A DNA stretch of 64,000 nt from Mayamaea pseudoterrestris (Eukaryota): assembly GCA_027923505.1 (NCBI GenBank), contig BROI01000017.1, forward strand, positions 620,001 through 684,000, written 5' to 3'. Below the pieces are notes generated by a model. The model worked only from the letters and a program-made list of their open reading frames with translations. It was not told the origin of the DNA and searched no databases. Made by a program: the position numbers and the translations under genes. This document shows positions 24,714 through 37,577 of this stretch, piece by piece. Position 1 is the stretch's first letter, and every line of letters starts with the position of its first letter.

Positions 24714-27700
24714 CATTTGAGACTATGCACCTGTCAATGACATACCCTGGTTTATGTTTGGCCTGACTCATTGGGTATTTGGTGCCAGGGCATAGAGGCG
24801 TTTGTAAGTCCAGAATCGACAGCTTGTAGTGGACCACGCCCAGGAGGCGTCACCCATGGTGTAAGCCTCCAGGCAGTCCTTTTGCACCATTTGAGACTAT
24901 GCACCTGTCAATGGCATGCACCCTGGACATGTTTGGCCTGACTCATTGCGTTTTGTGGCCAGGGCATGGGGCGTTTGACAGGTAAGCGACAACGCGGTGT
25001 TGGCCACTTTCCCACACGTGGGAGGCCCGTGCCATGGTGTCAGCCTAGGCAGTCCATTATTTAGACTCTGCACCTGTCAATGGCATACCCTGGACATGTT
25101 TTGCCTGACTCTGTGGTGTTGAGGTTAGCCTGGCATCAGAGGCGTTTGACAGGTCAGAATCGACAACTTGTGGTGTTGGCCATACCCACCGTGGAGAGCC
25201 GGCACATAGTGTCAGCCTCAGAGCAGTCCTTTTTGCACCATTGAGACTCTGCACCTGTCAATGGCATACCCTGGACATATTTGGCCTGACTCATTGGGTA
25301 TTTGGGGTGGCCCAGGGCATGGGGCGTTTGACAGGTCAGAATCGACAACTTGTGGTGTTGGCCATACCCACCGTGGAGGCGTACCCATGGTGTCAGCCTC
25401 CAGGCAGTCCATTTTGCACCATTTGAGACTCTGCCGCACGTATTTGGCACCTGGACATGTTTTACCTGACTCACTCGGGTATTTGGGTGGCGGGGCATGG
25501 GATGACAGGTCAGAATCGACAACTTGTGGTGTTGGCTGTACCCACTTTGGAGGCCGTGCCCATGGTGTCAGCCTCCAGGCAGTCCTTTTGCTACCATTTG
25601 AGACTCTGCACCTGTCAATGGCATACCCCTGGTTCATGTTTGGCCTGACTCATTGGGTATTTGGGTGGCCAGGGCATGGGGCGTTTGACAGGTCAAGCTC
25701 GACAACTTGTGGTGGCCATACCCACCGTGGGGCCCGTACCCATGGTGTCAGCCTCCAGCATATCCTTTTGCACCATTTGAGACTCTGCACCTGTCCATTG
25801 GCATACCCTGGACATGTTTTGGCCTGACTCATTGGAGTATTTGGGTGGCAGCGAGGGCATGGGAGCTTTGACAGGTAATCAACTTGTGGTGTTGGCCATA
25901 CCCACCGTGGAGCCGCACCCATGGTGGCGGCCTCGAGCAGTCCTTTTGCCCATTTTGAGACTCTGCACCTTTCAATGGCGCTACCCTGGACATGTTTGGC
26001 TGACTCATCGGGTATTTGGGTGGCCGGGAGCATGGGGCGTTTGACAGGTCAGTCGGCAACTTGTGGTGGCCATACCGTGTGCTGGGTGTCAGCCTCCGGC
26101 ATTCTTTTGCACCATTTTGAGACTCTGCACCTGTTAGTGGCTACCCTGGTATGTTTGCCTGACTCATCCGGGTATTTGGTGTGCCCAGGGCATGGGGCGT
26201 TTGACGGGTCAGAATCGGCAACTTGTGGTGTTGGCCATACCCACCGTGGGCCGTGCCCATGGTGTGTCAGCCTCCAGAGCAGTCAATTTTGCACCATTTG
26301 AGACTCTGCACCTGTCAATGGCATACCCTGGACATGTTCGGCCTGACTCATTGGGTATTTGGGTGGCCCAGGGCATGGGGCGTTTGACAGGTCAGATCGA
26401 CAACTTGTGGTGTTGGAATGCCGATACCCCGGGGCCGTGCCTCATGGTGTCGGCCTCCAGGAGCAGTCCTTTTCTTTCGAGACTCTGCTACCGTCAATGG
26501 CATACCCTGTACATGTTTGCCTGACTCATCGGGTATTGGGTGGCCAGGGCATGGGGCGTTTGGCGAGGTCAGAATCGACAACTTGTGGTGTTGGCCATAC
26601 CCACCGTGGAGGCCGTACCCATGGTGTCAGCCTCAGGCAGTCTTTTGCACCATTTGAGACTCTGCCTGTCAATGGCCCCTGGACGATGTTTGGTCTGCAT
26701 TCTTTGGGTATTTGGTGGCCGGGGGTATGGGGCGTTTGAGTCCTCTGCTGTGGTGTTAGCCGCCCACCCCGTGGGCCGTCCATGGTGTCAGCCTCCAGGG
26801 CAGTCCTTTTGCACCATTCTGGACTCTGCACCTGTCAATGGCATACCCTGGACATGTTTGGCCTGACTCATTGGGTATTTGAAGTGGCCCAGGGCATGGG
26901 GCGTTGTCAGTCAGTCGACAGCTTGTGGTGTTGGCCCACCCCCGTGGGCCGTGCCCATGGTGTCAGCCTCCCGGCGGTCCTTTTCCTTTGGCTCTGTCTG
27001 TCCGTGGCTTACCCTGGACATGTTTGGCCTGACTCGGGTATTTGGGTGGCCAGGGCAGGGGGCGTTTGACAGGTCAGAATCGACAACTTATGATGTTGGC
27101 CATACCCACCGTGGAGGCCTGCCCATGGTGTCAGCCTAGGCGGTCCTTTTTGCACCATTTGAGACTCTGCACCTGTAATGGCTCCCTGGACATGTTTGGC
27201 CCTGACTCATTGGGTTTTTGTGGCCGGGCATGGGGCGTTTGACCCGTCGATCGACAACTTGTGGTGTTGGCCTACCCACCGGGGGCCGTGCCCATGGTGT
27301 CAGCCTCAGGCAGTTCTTTGCACCATTTGAGACTATGCCCCTGTCAATGGCATACCCTGGACATGTTTGGCCTGACTCATTGGGTATTTGGGGCCAGGGG
27401 CCGGGGCGTTTGACAGTCAGAATCGACAACTTGTGGTGTTGGCCTTCCCCCGTGGGGCCGTCCCATGGTGTCAGCCTCCAGGCAGTCCTTTTGCACCATT
27501 TGACTCTGCACCTGTCAGTGGCATACCCTGGACATGTTTGGCCTGACTCATTGGGTATTTGGGTGGCCAGAGGCCTGGGGCGTTTGACAGGTCAGATCGC
27601 CACTGTTGTTGGCCCCCCGGCGTACCCGTGGTGTCAGCCTCCGGGCAGTCCTTTTGCACCATTTGAGCCTCTGCACCTGTCACTGGCATACCCTGGACAT

Positions 27701-30700
27701 GTCTTGCCTGACTCATTGGGTATTGGTGTGGCCAGGGCATGGGGCGTTTGACAGGTCAGAATCGACAACTTGTGGTGTTGGCCATACCCACCGTGGAGGC
27801 CGTACCCATGGTGTCAGCCTCCAGGCAGTCTTTTTGCACCATTTGAGACTCTGCACCTGTCAATGGCATACCCTGGACATGTTTGGCCTGACTCATTGGG
27901 TATTTGGGTGGCCAGGGCATGGGGCGTTTGACAGGTCAGAATCGACAACTTGTGGTGTTGGCCATACCCACCGTGGAGGCCGTACCCATGGTGTCAGCCT
28001 CCAGGCAGTCCTTTTGGCACCATTTGAGACTCTGCACCTGTCAATGGCATACCCTGGCCATGTTTGGCCTGACTCATTGGGTATTTGGGTGGCCAGGGCA
28101 TGGGCGTTTGACAGGTCAGAATCGACAACTTGTGGTGTTGGCCATACCCACCGTGGAGGCCGTACCCATGGTGTCAGCCTCCAGGCAGTCCTTTTGCACC
28201 ATTTGAGACTCTGCACCTGTCAATGGCATACCCTGGACATGTTTGGCCTGACTCATTGGGTATTTGGGTGGCCAGGGCATGGGGCGTTTACAGGTCAGAA
28301 TCGACAACTTGTGGTGTTGGCCATACCCACCGTGGAGGCCGTACCCATGGTGTCAGCCTCCAGGCAGTCCTTTTTGCACCATTTGAGACTCTGCACCTGT
28401 CAATGGCATACCCTGGACATGTTTGGCCTGACTCATTGGGTATTTGGGTGGCCAGGGCATGGGGCGTTTGACAGGTCAGAATCGACAACTTGTGGTGTTG
28501 GCCATACCCACCGTGGAGGCCGTACCCATGGTGTCAGCCTCCAGGCAGTCCTTTTGCACCATTTGAGACTCTGCACCTGTCAATGGCATACCCTGGACAT
28601 GTTTGGCCTGACTCATCGGGTATTTGGGTGGCCAGGGCATGGGGCGTTTGACAGGTCAGAATCGACAACTTGTGGTGTTGGCCATACCCACCGTGGAGGC
28701 CGTACCCATGGTGTCAGCCTCCAGGCAGTCCTTTTTGCACCATTTGAGACTATGCACCTGTCAATGGCATACCCTGGACATGTTTGGCCTGACTCATTGG
28801 GTATTTGGGTGGCCAGGGCATGGGGCGTTTGACAGGTCAGAATCGACAACTTGTGGTGTTGGCCATACCCACCGTGGAGGCCGTACCCATGGTGTCAGCC
28901 TCCAGGCAGTCCTTTTTGCACCATTTGAGACTATGCACCTGTCAATGGCATACCCTGGACATGTTTTGCCTGACTCATCGGGTATTTGGGTGGCCAGGGC
29001 ATGGGGCGTTTGACAGGTCAGAATCGACAACTTGTGGTGTTGGCCATACCCACCGTGGAGGCCGTACCCATGGTGTCAGCCTCCAGGCAGTCCTTTTTGC
29101 ACCATTTGAGACTCTGCACCTGTCAATGGCATACCCTGGACATGTTTGGCCTGACTCATTGGGTATTTGGGTGGCCAGGGCATGGGGCGTTTGACAGGTC
29201 AGAATCGACAACTTGTGGTGTTGGCCATACCCACCGTGGAGGCCGTACCCATGGTGTCAGCCTCCAGGCAGTCCTTTTGCACCATTTGAGACTCTGCACC
29301 TGTCAATGGCATACCCTGGACATGTTTGGCCTGACTCATTGGGTATTTGGGTGGCCAGGGCATGGGGCGTTTGACAGGTCAGAATCGACAACTTGTGGTG
29401 TTGGCCATACCCACCGTGGAGGCCGTACCCATGGTGTCAGCCTCCAGGCAGTCCTTTTTGCACCATTTGAGACTCTGCACCTGTCAATGGCATACCCTGG
29501 ACATGTTTGGCCTGACTCATTGGGTATTTGGGTGGCCAGGGCATGGGGCGTTTGACAGGTCAGAATCGACAACTTGTGGTGTTTGCCATACCCACCGTGG
29601 AGGCCGTACCCATGGTGTCAGCCTCCAGGCAGTCCTTTTTGCACCATTTGAGACTCTGCACCTGTCAATGGCATACCCTGGACATGTTTGGCCTGACTCA
29701 TTGGGTATTTGGGTGGCCAGGACATGGGGCGTTTGACAGGTCAGAATCGACAACTTGTGGTGTTGCGCCCCCCCCCGTGGGGCCGTCCCTGGTGTCAGCC
29801 TCCGAGGCAGTCTTTTGCACCGTTGGACTCTACCTGTCAATGGCTTTCCCTGGCATGTTTGGCCTGACTCATTGGGTTTTGGGTGGCCAGGGCATGGGGC
29901 GTTTTGACACGTCAGTCGACAGCTTGTGGTGTTGGCCATACCCCCGTGGGCCGTGCCCTGGTGTCAGCCTCCAGGCGGTCCTTTTTGCACCTTGAGACTC
30001 CCTGTCCTGGACATGTTTGGCCTGACTTCTTGGGTATTTGGGTGGCCAGGGCATGGGGCGTTTGACAGGTCAGAATCGACAACTTGTGGTGTTGGCCATA
30101 CCCACCGTGGAGGCCGTACCCATGGTGTCAGCCTCCAGGCAGTCCTTTTTGCACCATTTGAGACTCTGCACCTGTCAATGGCATACCCTGGACATGTTTG
30201 GCCTGGGTATTTGGGTGGCCAGGGCATGGGGGCGTTTTGACGGTTCGAATCGACAACTTGCGGTGTTGGCCATACCCACCGTGGAGGCCGTACCCTGGTG
30301 TCAGCCTCGGCAGTCCTTTTGCACCATTTGACTCTGCACCTGTCATGGTCCTGGACCCGTTTGGCCTGACTCATTGGGTGTTTGGGTGGCCGGGGCATGG
30401 GGCGTTTGACAGGTCAGGTGCACTTGGTGTTGGCCACTACCCCCCTGGGCCGTACCCATGGTGTCAGCCTCCAGGCCAGTCTTTGCACCATTTGAGACTC
30501 TGCACCTGTCGTGCCATACCCTGGACATGTTTGGCCTGACTCATTGGGTATTTGGGTGAAGCTCGGGGCATGGGGCGTTTGACAGGTCAGAATCGACAGC
30601 TTGTGGTGTTGGCCCGCCCACCCACCGTGGAGGCCGTACCCATGGTGTCACGCCTAGGCAGTCCTTTTGCTCCATTTGAGACTCTGCACCTGTGGGCATA

Positions 30701-33700
30701 CCCTGGGCATGTTTGCCTGACTCGTTGGGTATTTGGGTGGCCAGGGCATGGGGCGTTTGACAGGTCAGAATCGCTGTGGTGTTGCCATACCCCCGTGGAG
30801 GCCGTACCCATGGTGTCAGCCTCCCAGACAGTCCTTTTGCACCATTTGAGACTCTGCACCTGTCATGGCATACCCGCCGGCATGTTTGGCCTGCTCTTTG
30901 GGTTTTGTGGTGGCCAGGCATGGGGGCGTTTGACAGGTCAGAATCGGCACAACTTGTGGTGTTGGCCATGTACCCACCGTGGAGGCCGTGCCCATGGTGG
31001 TCAGCCTCCAGGCTCCTTTTGCACCATTTGACTCTGCACCTGTCATGCTCCCTGCTGTTTGGCCTGGCTCATCGGGTATTGGGTGGCCAGGGCATGGGGC
31101 GTTTTGACGTCCGGGTCGAAACTTGTGGTGTTGGCCATACCCCACCGTGGAGGCCGTACCCATGGTGTCAGCCTCCCGGCAGTTTTGCACCATTTGGACT
31201 CTGCACCTGTCACTGGCATACCCTGGACATGTTTGGCCTGCCTTATTGGGTATTTGGGTGGCCAGGGCATGGGGCGCTCGACAGGGCAGAATGGACAACT
31301 TGTGGTGTTGGCCATACCCACCGTGGAGGCCGTACCCGTGGTGTCAGCCTCCAGGCAGTCCTTTTTTGCACCATTTGAGACTCTGCACCTTCAATGGCAT
31401 ACCCTGGACATGTTTGGCCTGCCTCATTGGGTATTTGGGTGGCCAGGGGCATGGGGCGTTTGACGGGTCAGAATCGCTCACTTGTGGTGTTGGCGCCGCC
31501 TACCCCCCGGGAGGCCGTGCTCCCTTGGTGGCAGCCTAGGCGGTCCTTTTTGCACCATTTGAGACTCTGCACCTGTAGGCGCATGCCCTGGACATGTTTG
31601 GCCTGACTCATTGGGTATTTGGGTGGCCAGGGCATGGGGCGTTTGACAGGTCAGAATCGGCAACTTGTGGTGTTGGCCTCCCACCGTGGAGGCCGTACCC
31701 ATGGTGTCAGCCTCCAGGCCCTTTTGCCCCTCTGCACCTGTCCATGGCATACCCTGGACATGTTTGGCCTGCGGGTATTTGGGTGGCCCCAGGGCACAGG
31801 GGGCGTTGACGGGTCAGAATCGACAACGGTGTTGGCCCTTCCCCCCGTGAGGCCGTGCCGCCGGTGTCAGCCTCCAGGCGGTCCTTTTGCACCATTTGAG
31901 ACTCTGCACCTGTCAATGTCATACCCTGGACATGTTTTGCCTGACTCATTGGTGTTTTGGGTGGCCAGGGCATGGGGCGTTGTTGACAGGTCAGAATCCC
32001 ACTTTGGTGTTGGCCGCCCCACCGTGGAGGCCGTACCCATGGTGTCAGCCTCCAGGCAGTCCTTTTTGCACCATTTGAGACTCTGCATCTGTCAATGGCA
32101 TACCCTGGACATGTTTGGCCTGACTCATTGGGTATTTGGGTTGCCAGGGCATGGAGCTTTGACAGGTCAGAATCGACAACTTGTGGTGTTGGCCATACCC
32201 ACCGTGGAGGCCGTACCCATGGTGTCAGCCGCAGGCGAGTTCTTTTTTCGACATTTGAGACTCTGCACCTGTCAATGGCATACCCTGGACATGTTTGGCC
32301 TGACTCATTGGGTATTTGGGTGGCCAGGGCATGGGGCGTTTGACAGGTCAGAATCGACAACTTGTGGTGTTGGCCATACCCCCCGTGGAGGCCGTAACCA
32401 TGGTTTCAGGCCTCCAGCAATCCTTTTTGCACCATTTGAGACTCTGCACCTGTCAATGGCATACCCTGGACATGTTTTGCCTGACTCATTGGGTATTTAA
32501 GTGGCCAGGGCATGGGGCGTTTGACAGGTCAGAATCGACAACTTGTGGTGTTGGCCATACCCACCGTGGAGGCCGTACCCATGGTGTCAGCCTCCAGGCA
32601 GTCCTTTTTGCACCATTTGAGACTCTGCACCTGTCAATGGCATACCCTGGACATGTTTGGCCTGACTCATTGGGTATTTGGGTGGCCAGGGCATGGGGCG
32701 TTTGACAGGTCAGAATCGACAACTTGTGGTGTTGGCCATACCCACCGTGGAGGCCGTACCCATGGTGTCAGCCTCCAGGCAGTCCTTTTTGCACTCTGCA
32801 CCTGTCAATGGCATACCCTGGACATGTTTGGCCTGACTCATTGGGTATTTGGGTGGCCAGGGCATGGGGCGTTTGACAGGTCAGAATCGACAACTTGTGG
32901 TGCTGGCCATACCCACCGTGGAGGCCGTACCCATGGTGTCAGCCTCCAGGCAGTCCTTTTTGCACCATATGAGACTCTGCACCTGTCAATGGCATACCCT
33001 GGACATGTTTGGCCTGACTCATTGGGTGTTTGGGTGGCCAGGGCATGGGGCGTTTGACAGGTCAGAATCAACAACTTGTGGTGTTGGCCATACCCACCGT
33101 GGAGGCCGTACCCATGGTGTCAGCCTCCAGGCAGTCCTTTTTGCACCATTTGAGACTCTGCACCTGTCAATGCCATACCCTGGACATGTTTGGCCTGACT
33201 CATTGGGTATTTGGGTGGCCAGGGCATGGGGCGTTTGACAGGTCAGAATCGACAACTTGTGGTGTTGGCCATACACACCGTGGAGGCCGTACCCATGGTG
33301 TCAGCCTCCAGGCAGGACTTTTTTGCACCATTTGAAACTCTGCACCTGTCAATGGCATACCCTGGACATGTTTGGCCTGACTCATTGGGTGTTTGGGTGG
33401 CCAGGGCATGGGGCGTTTGACAGGTCAGAATCAACAACTTGTTATGTTGGCCATACCCACCGTGGAGGCCGTACCCATGGTGTCAGCCTCCAGGCAGTCC
33501 TTTTTGCACCATTTGAGACTCTGCACCTGTCAATGGCATACCCTGGACATGTTTGGCCTGACTCATTGGGTATTTGGGTGGCCATGGCATGGGGCGTTTG
33601 ACAGGTCAGAATCGTTAACTTGTGGCGTTGGCCATACCCACCGTGGAGGCTGTACCCATGGTGTCAGCCTCCAGGCAGTCCTTTTTGCACCATATGAGAC

Positions 33701-36700
33701 TCTGCACCTGTCAATGGCATACCCTGGACATGTTTGGCCTGACTCATTGGGTATTTGGGTGGCCAGGGCATGGGGCCTTTGACAGGTCAGAATCGACAAC
33801 TTGTGGTGTTGGCCATACCCACCGTGGAGGCCGTACCCATGGTGTCAGCCTCCAGTCAGTCCTTTTTTAACCATTTGAGACTATGCACCCATGTCAATGG
33901 CATACCCTTAATACGTTTGACTCATTGGTTATTTGGGTGGCCAGGGCATAGGGTCGTTTGGGTCAGAATCGACAACTTGGGTGTTTTGGCCATACCCACA
34001 CTGTGGAGGGCCCCAGCAGGTTCAGCCTCCAGGCAGTCCTTTTGCACCATTTGAGACTATGCACCTGTCAATGGCATACCCTGGACAAGGTGTTTGGCCA
34101 GACTTATTGGGTATTTGACAAGAGCATGGGGCGTTTGACAGGTCAGGAATTGACAACTTGTGGTTGGCCATACCCACCGTGGAGGACGTACCCATGGTGT
34201 CAGCCTCCAGGCAGTCCACTGCACCATTTGAGACTCTGCACCTGTCAATGGCATACCCTGGACATGTTTGACCTGACTCATTTGGTATTTGGGTGGCCAG
34301 GGCATGGGGCGATTGAGCCAGGTCAGAATCGACGTGACTTGTGTAGGTGTGCGTGGTGTTGGCCATACCCACCCTGTGGAGGGGTGTACCCATGGTGTCA
34401 GCCTTGGGCAATCCCTTTTTGCACCATTGAGACTCTGCACCTGTCAATGGCATACCCTGGACATGTTTGACCTGACTTATTGATTTTGGGTGGCCTGTGG
34501 GCATGGGGCGTTTGACAGGTCAGAATCGACAACTTGTGGTGTTGGCCATACCCACCGTGGAGGCCGTACCCATGGTGTCAGCCTCCAGGCGGTCCTTTTT
34601 GCACCATTTGAGACTATGCACCTGTCAATGGCATACCCTGGACATGTTTGGCCTGACTCATTGGGTATTTGGGTGGCCAGGGCATGGGGCGTTTGACAGG
34701 TCAGAATTGACAACTTGTGGTGTTGGCCATACCCACCGTGGAGGCCGTACCCATGGTGTCCCTCCAGGCAGTCCTTTTGCTCCATTTGAGACTATGCACC
34801 TGTCAATGGCTACCCTGGACATGTTTGGCCTGACTCATTGGGTATTTGGGTTAGGGCATGGGGCGTTTGACAGGTCAGAATCGACAACTTCGATGGTGTT
34901 GTCGCCAACCCACCGTGGGAGGCCCCGTACCCATGGTGTCAGCCTCCCAGCAGTCCTTGTTGCACGACGTATTTGGCTCTGCACCTGTTAATGGCATACT
35001 CTGGAGCCATGTTTTGCCTGACTCATCGGGTATTTGGGTGGCCAGGGCATGGGCGTTGACAGGTCAGAATCGACACAACTTGTGGTGTTGGCACATACCC
35101 ACCGTGGAGGCCGTACCCATGGTGTCAGCCTCAGGCAGTCCTTTTGCACCCTGGCTTTAAGAGACTGCACCTGTCAATGGCATGCCCGGGACATGTTTGC
35201 CTCGACTCATTGGGTATTTGGGTGGCCAGGGCATGGGGCGTTTGACAGGTCAGAATCGACAACTTGCGGTGTTGGCCATACCCACCGTGGAGGCCGTACC
35301 CATGGTGTCAGCCTCCAGGCAGTCCTTTTTGCACCATTTGAGACTCTGCACCTGTCAATGGCATACCCTGGACGCTGTTTGGCCTGACTCATTGGGTATT
35401 TGGGATGGCCGGGCATGAAGCGTTGTGGGTCAGAATTGACAACATGTGGTGTTGGCCATACCCACCGATGGAGCCGTACCAATGGTGTCAGCCTCCAGGC
35501 GAGTCACCACTGCACCAGTTGAGACTATGCACATGTCAATGGCATACCCTGGACATTTTTTGCCTGACTCATTGGGTATTTGGGTGGCCAGGGCATGGGG
35601 CGTTTCGGACTGTAGAATCGACAACTCCGGTAGTTTGCCATACCCAACGTGGAAGCCGTACCCATGGTATCAGCCTCCAGGCAAAGTCTTTTTTCCCTTT
35701 TGGGACTATGCACCTGTCAAATGGCATACCCTGGACATGTTTGGCCTGACTTCATCGGTGCTTTGGAAGTGGGCAGGCATGGGGCATTTGACAGGTCAGA
35801 ACCGACAACTGGTGTTGGCCATACCCACCGTGGGAGGCCGTACCCATCGTGTCAGCCTCCGGGCAGGCCTTTTTGCACCATTTGAACTCTGCACCTGTCA
35901 ATGGCATACCCGGACATGTTGGCCGTTAGACTCATTGGGTATTTGGGTGGCCAGGGCTGCGTTTACAAGTCAAATCGATTTAACTTGTGGTGCTGGCCAT
36001 ACCCACCGTGGTGCCGTACCCATGGTGACTGCCTGCAGGCAATCCTTTTTGCATCCATTTGAGACTCTGCACCTTCAATGGCTGATACCCTGGACATGTT
36101 TTACAACTCATTGGGTATTTAAGTGCAGGATGAGGCGTTTGACATCAATCGACAACTTGTGGTGTTCTACACACCGTGGAGGCCGCGACCCATGGTGTCA
36201 GCCTCCAGGCAGTCCTTTTTGCAACATTTGAGACTATGCACCTGTCAATGGCATACCCTGGACATGTTTGGCCTGATCATTGGGTATTTGGTCGCCAAGA
36301 CATGGGGCGTTTGACAGGTCAGAATCGACAACTTGTGGTGTTGGCCATACCCAACCGTCGGAGGCCGTACCCATGGGTGTCAGCCTCCAGGCAGTCCTTT
36401 TTGCACCAATTGAGACTCCTGCACCTGTCAACATACCCTGGACATATTTGGCCTGACTCATTGGGTATTTGGGTGTCCAGGCCCTGGGGCGTTTGACAGG
36501 TCCCAGAATCGACAACTTTGTGGTGTTGGCCATATCCCACCGTGGAGGCCGTACCCATGGTGTCAGCCTCCAGGCAGTCCTTTTTGCACCATTTGAGACT
36601 CTGCACCTGTCAATGGCATACCCTGGACATGTTTTGCCTGACTCACTCATTGGGTATTTGGTTGGCCAGGGCATGGGGCGTTTGACAGGTCAGAATCGAC

Positions 36701-37196
36701 AACTTGTGGTGTTGGCCATACCCACCGTGGAGGCCGTACCCATGGTGTCAGCCTCCAGGCAGTCCTTTGCACCATTTGAGACTATGCACCTGTCCAATGG
36801 CATACCCCTGGACATGTGGCTTGGCCTGACTCATTGGGTATTTGGGTGGCCAGGGCATGGGCGTTTGACAGGTCACAATCGACAAGTTGTGGTGCCATAC
36901 CCACCGTGTAGTACCCATGGTGTCAGCCTCCAGGCAGTCCTTTTGCACCATTTGAGACTATGCCTGTCAATGGCATACCCTGGACAGGTTTTGCCTGACT
37001 CATTGGGTATTTGGGTGGCCAGGGCATGGGGCGTTTGACAGGTCAGAATCGACAACTTGTGGTGTTGGCCATACCCACCGTGGCGGCCGTGCCCATGAAG
37101 TCAGCCTAGGCAGTCCTTTTGCACCATTTGAGACTCTGCCTGTCAATGACACCCTGGACATGTTTGGCCTGACTCATTGGGTATTTGGGTGAGGGC
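24714..37196. repeat. Tandem satellite array, 180/181-bp monomer, ~69 copies
   Basis: The unit catttgagactctgcacctgtcaatggcataccctggacatg...cagcctccaggcagtcctttt(t)gcac recurs head-to-tail, e.g. at 28200, 28380 and 28560. The length variant is a T4/T5 run. Confidence 0.98.
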
Positions 37197-37577
37197 ATTA
37201 ACACACGTTGATGATTTACGTGGTCGTCATGCCTCAAAAGCTCCGATACAGGGTCCTTGGCCACGGTCTGTACAGCTCTTGATGGAGATGGCTCGTCGTC
37301 AGTCTTGCGCTCGCCACTACACAAAATACGACTGCTCTCGTCATAAACTAGTAGTTCTATATTGTGAGCTTATCGCTACATCGCTACATCGACCGCGGAA
37401 GATCATCCGATCGTTTCTTTCAATCACATTACATCAGTCATGTCGCTCATTCCATTCATACAACGCATACGACGAGTTGCGCACTTTCTTCATTCACATG
37501 TCACATACGACAGCTGCGGACTCGAGACAAGCTAATTGGGGTTCGGGCTCTTGACTTCGCCGCTCTGCGACTTGTCA
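37197..37577 (-). repeat. 3' LTR of element 2
   Basis: Matches 44704-45098 and begins TGACA directly after the PPT. Confidence 0.88.

Noticed and set aside
28858..28890. GGCCATACCCACCGTG resembles the 5' end of 5S rRNA
   Set aside because: Similarity stops after about a dozen bases and I see no internal box A/C or 5S terminal stem. An Rfam search would settle it.
25057..37055. Many repetitive ORFs (up to 408 aa) in the satellite
   Set aside because: They arise from a 180-bp unit with few stops, occur on both strands, and are repeatedly shifted by the T4/T5 variant.
24714..37196. CRISPR-like array
   Set aside because: The whole unit repeats, there are no unique spacers or cas genes, and the context is eukaryotic.
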